Assembly: GCA_963674945.2 (NCBI GenBank)
Contig: CAXXWQ010000003.1
Location: forward strand, 768,001 to 832,000
DNA: 64,000 nt
Reading direction: 5' to 3'
DNA from: an uncultured Desulfosarcina sp.
Lineage (GTDB): Bacteria; Desulfobacterota; Desulfobacteria; Desulfobacterales; Desulfosarcinaceae
Below the pieces are notes generated by a model. It worked only from the letters and a program-made list of their open reading frames with translations, did no database searches and was not told the origin of the DNA. Made by a program: the position numbers and the translations under genes. Below are positions 63,076 to 64,000 of this stretch, piece after piece (within the stretch, counting starts at the first letter, position 1; each line of letters starts with the position of its first letter).

Positions 63076-63525
63076 CTATGGCAAATCCCGATCCTCTGAC
63101 GTTAAGAAAAAGGATTTAACCTTCGCAACTATTTGGTTTTCGGTCAACCGATCGGAAGCTTCGACTGGTACAATCCTGTCATGCTGGCCTTTTATTTTCT
63201 TCATCTCTTTTACCAGTTCAAGTTTCGCCTCACCAGGACCAAAAATAAAAATACTGTCAGCCTTGCCGGCCTTTTCAATTACCATCTGATAGAAGCTATG
63301 ATACTGGTGTTTGAGGCGCTCTTCCGCTTTTTGCTCTCTTGATACGGACTGAGCCACGGAAGTGCTACCCGCTTTCCGTCCCCCTGATGGTCGATAGTGG
63401 CTTTCGGCGTTTGACTCGATACGCCCAACTGTTGTCTGGTCGCCTTCTATCGCAACTAAAATTGCCTCTCTGTGATCAATCCAGATACCAATTTTTTTTC
63501 TTAAATCCTTCTTTAATTTATCCAT
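63076..63525 (-). CDS. conserved hypothetical protein, eRF1/host-attachment-protein-like
   Basis: IGIWIDHREAIL, IFIFGPGEAK, LTENQIVA; AAGGGG RBS. Confidence 0.7.
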   Translation of the reverse strand: MDKLKKDLRKKIGIWIDHREAILVAIEGDQTTVGRIESNAESHYRPSGGRKAGSTSVAQSVSREQKAEERLKHQYHSFYQMVIEKAGKADSIFIFGPGEAKLELVKEMKKIKGQHDRIVPVEASDRLTENQIVAKVKSFFLTSEDRDLP

Positions 63526-63658
63526 ATTTACCCCTTTGTTTTTTTGATGAGTTGTGCTGGCAATATGTGAAAATACGCAAAAAGTGCGCCATGTCCTGAA
63601 TCGCATCATGGATCCACCCATTGGAGCATAGTCTAAGACAACTATTAATAACTTAGAT

Positions 63659-63801
63659 AGTTCCCATCCAGAAATGGCCAATTTTCCCGATTTCTTTGTT
63701 GCGCGAAAAATTTTTTCCTCGGAATATCAACCATATACCTATGGTAAAATTTTTCGCGCGCCTTGATCTCGAACAAATTTTCCTATTTCTGGATAGACAC
63801 T
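63659..63801. mobile_element. MITE-like element family B, second copy (inverted relative to 17676..17830)
   Basis: ends AGTTCCCATCCAGAAAT / ATTTCTGGATAGACACT; interior aligns to the reverse complement of the 17.7-kb copy. Confidence 0.78.
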
Positions 63802-64000
63802 ATATAAGATTAAGCCATCAATGCTTTTAAAAAAAATTCACATCTTCCGATTTATTATATTGCTAAAACCTTTAAAACCTGACATAATGATCTTTATATA
63901 TATGATTTTTCTCAAAATAATTCATATCCTGTCCTTATGGATATTATCACCTGAATTTTGCACGCAATTAGCTTTAATTGGCCACGGTGGCCAATTTTTT

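Overview
The window has two parts. Bases 1-34710 are core chromosome, most likely of a Desulfobacterota (deltaproteobacterial) anaerobe, inferred from gene content and protein style. They carry sppA-rpsA-cmk-hisC, a four-subunit 2-oxoacid:ferredoxin oxidoreductase operon, namZ, plsB, a MurU-AmgK-like fusion, dapB, cheX, alaS, recA, thpR, a DUF39 homocysteine enzyme, kdsA-kdsC-lptCAB-rpoN-hpf-ptsN-rapZ-EIIA, gap-tpiA-secG and tRNA-Leu(GAG). After the tRNA an AT-richer accessory island runs from about 34.7 kb to at least 63 kb. It holds a cation:proton antiporter with a candidate riboswitch, a plasmid-type parA/parG pair whose promoter is duplicated around an AAA ATPase gene, and an AbiE toxin-antitoxin pair whose toxin is cut off by a CRISPR array. 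The array has 104 repeats and 103 spacers and belongs to a complete minimal type I-F2 (I-Fv) cas operon with no cas8. Beyond it is an ~8.4 kb co-oriented run of small phage/plasmid-like ORFs, including an IS1380-disrupted DNA methyltransferase and an Nmad5-like gene, punctuated by a repeated 14-bp palindrome TGTAATTAATTACA. Two MITE-like repeat families with different ends but a shared core also occur. No integrase is visible in the window. All family assignments are by recognising motifs by eye; no searches were run.
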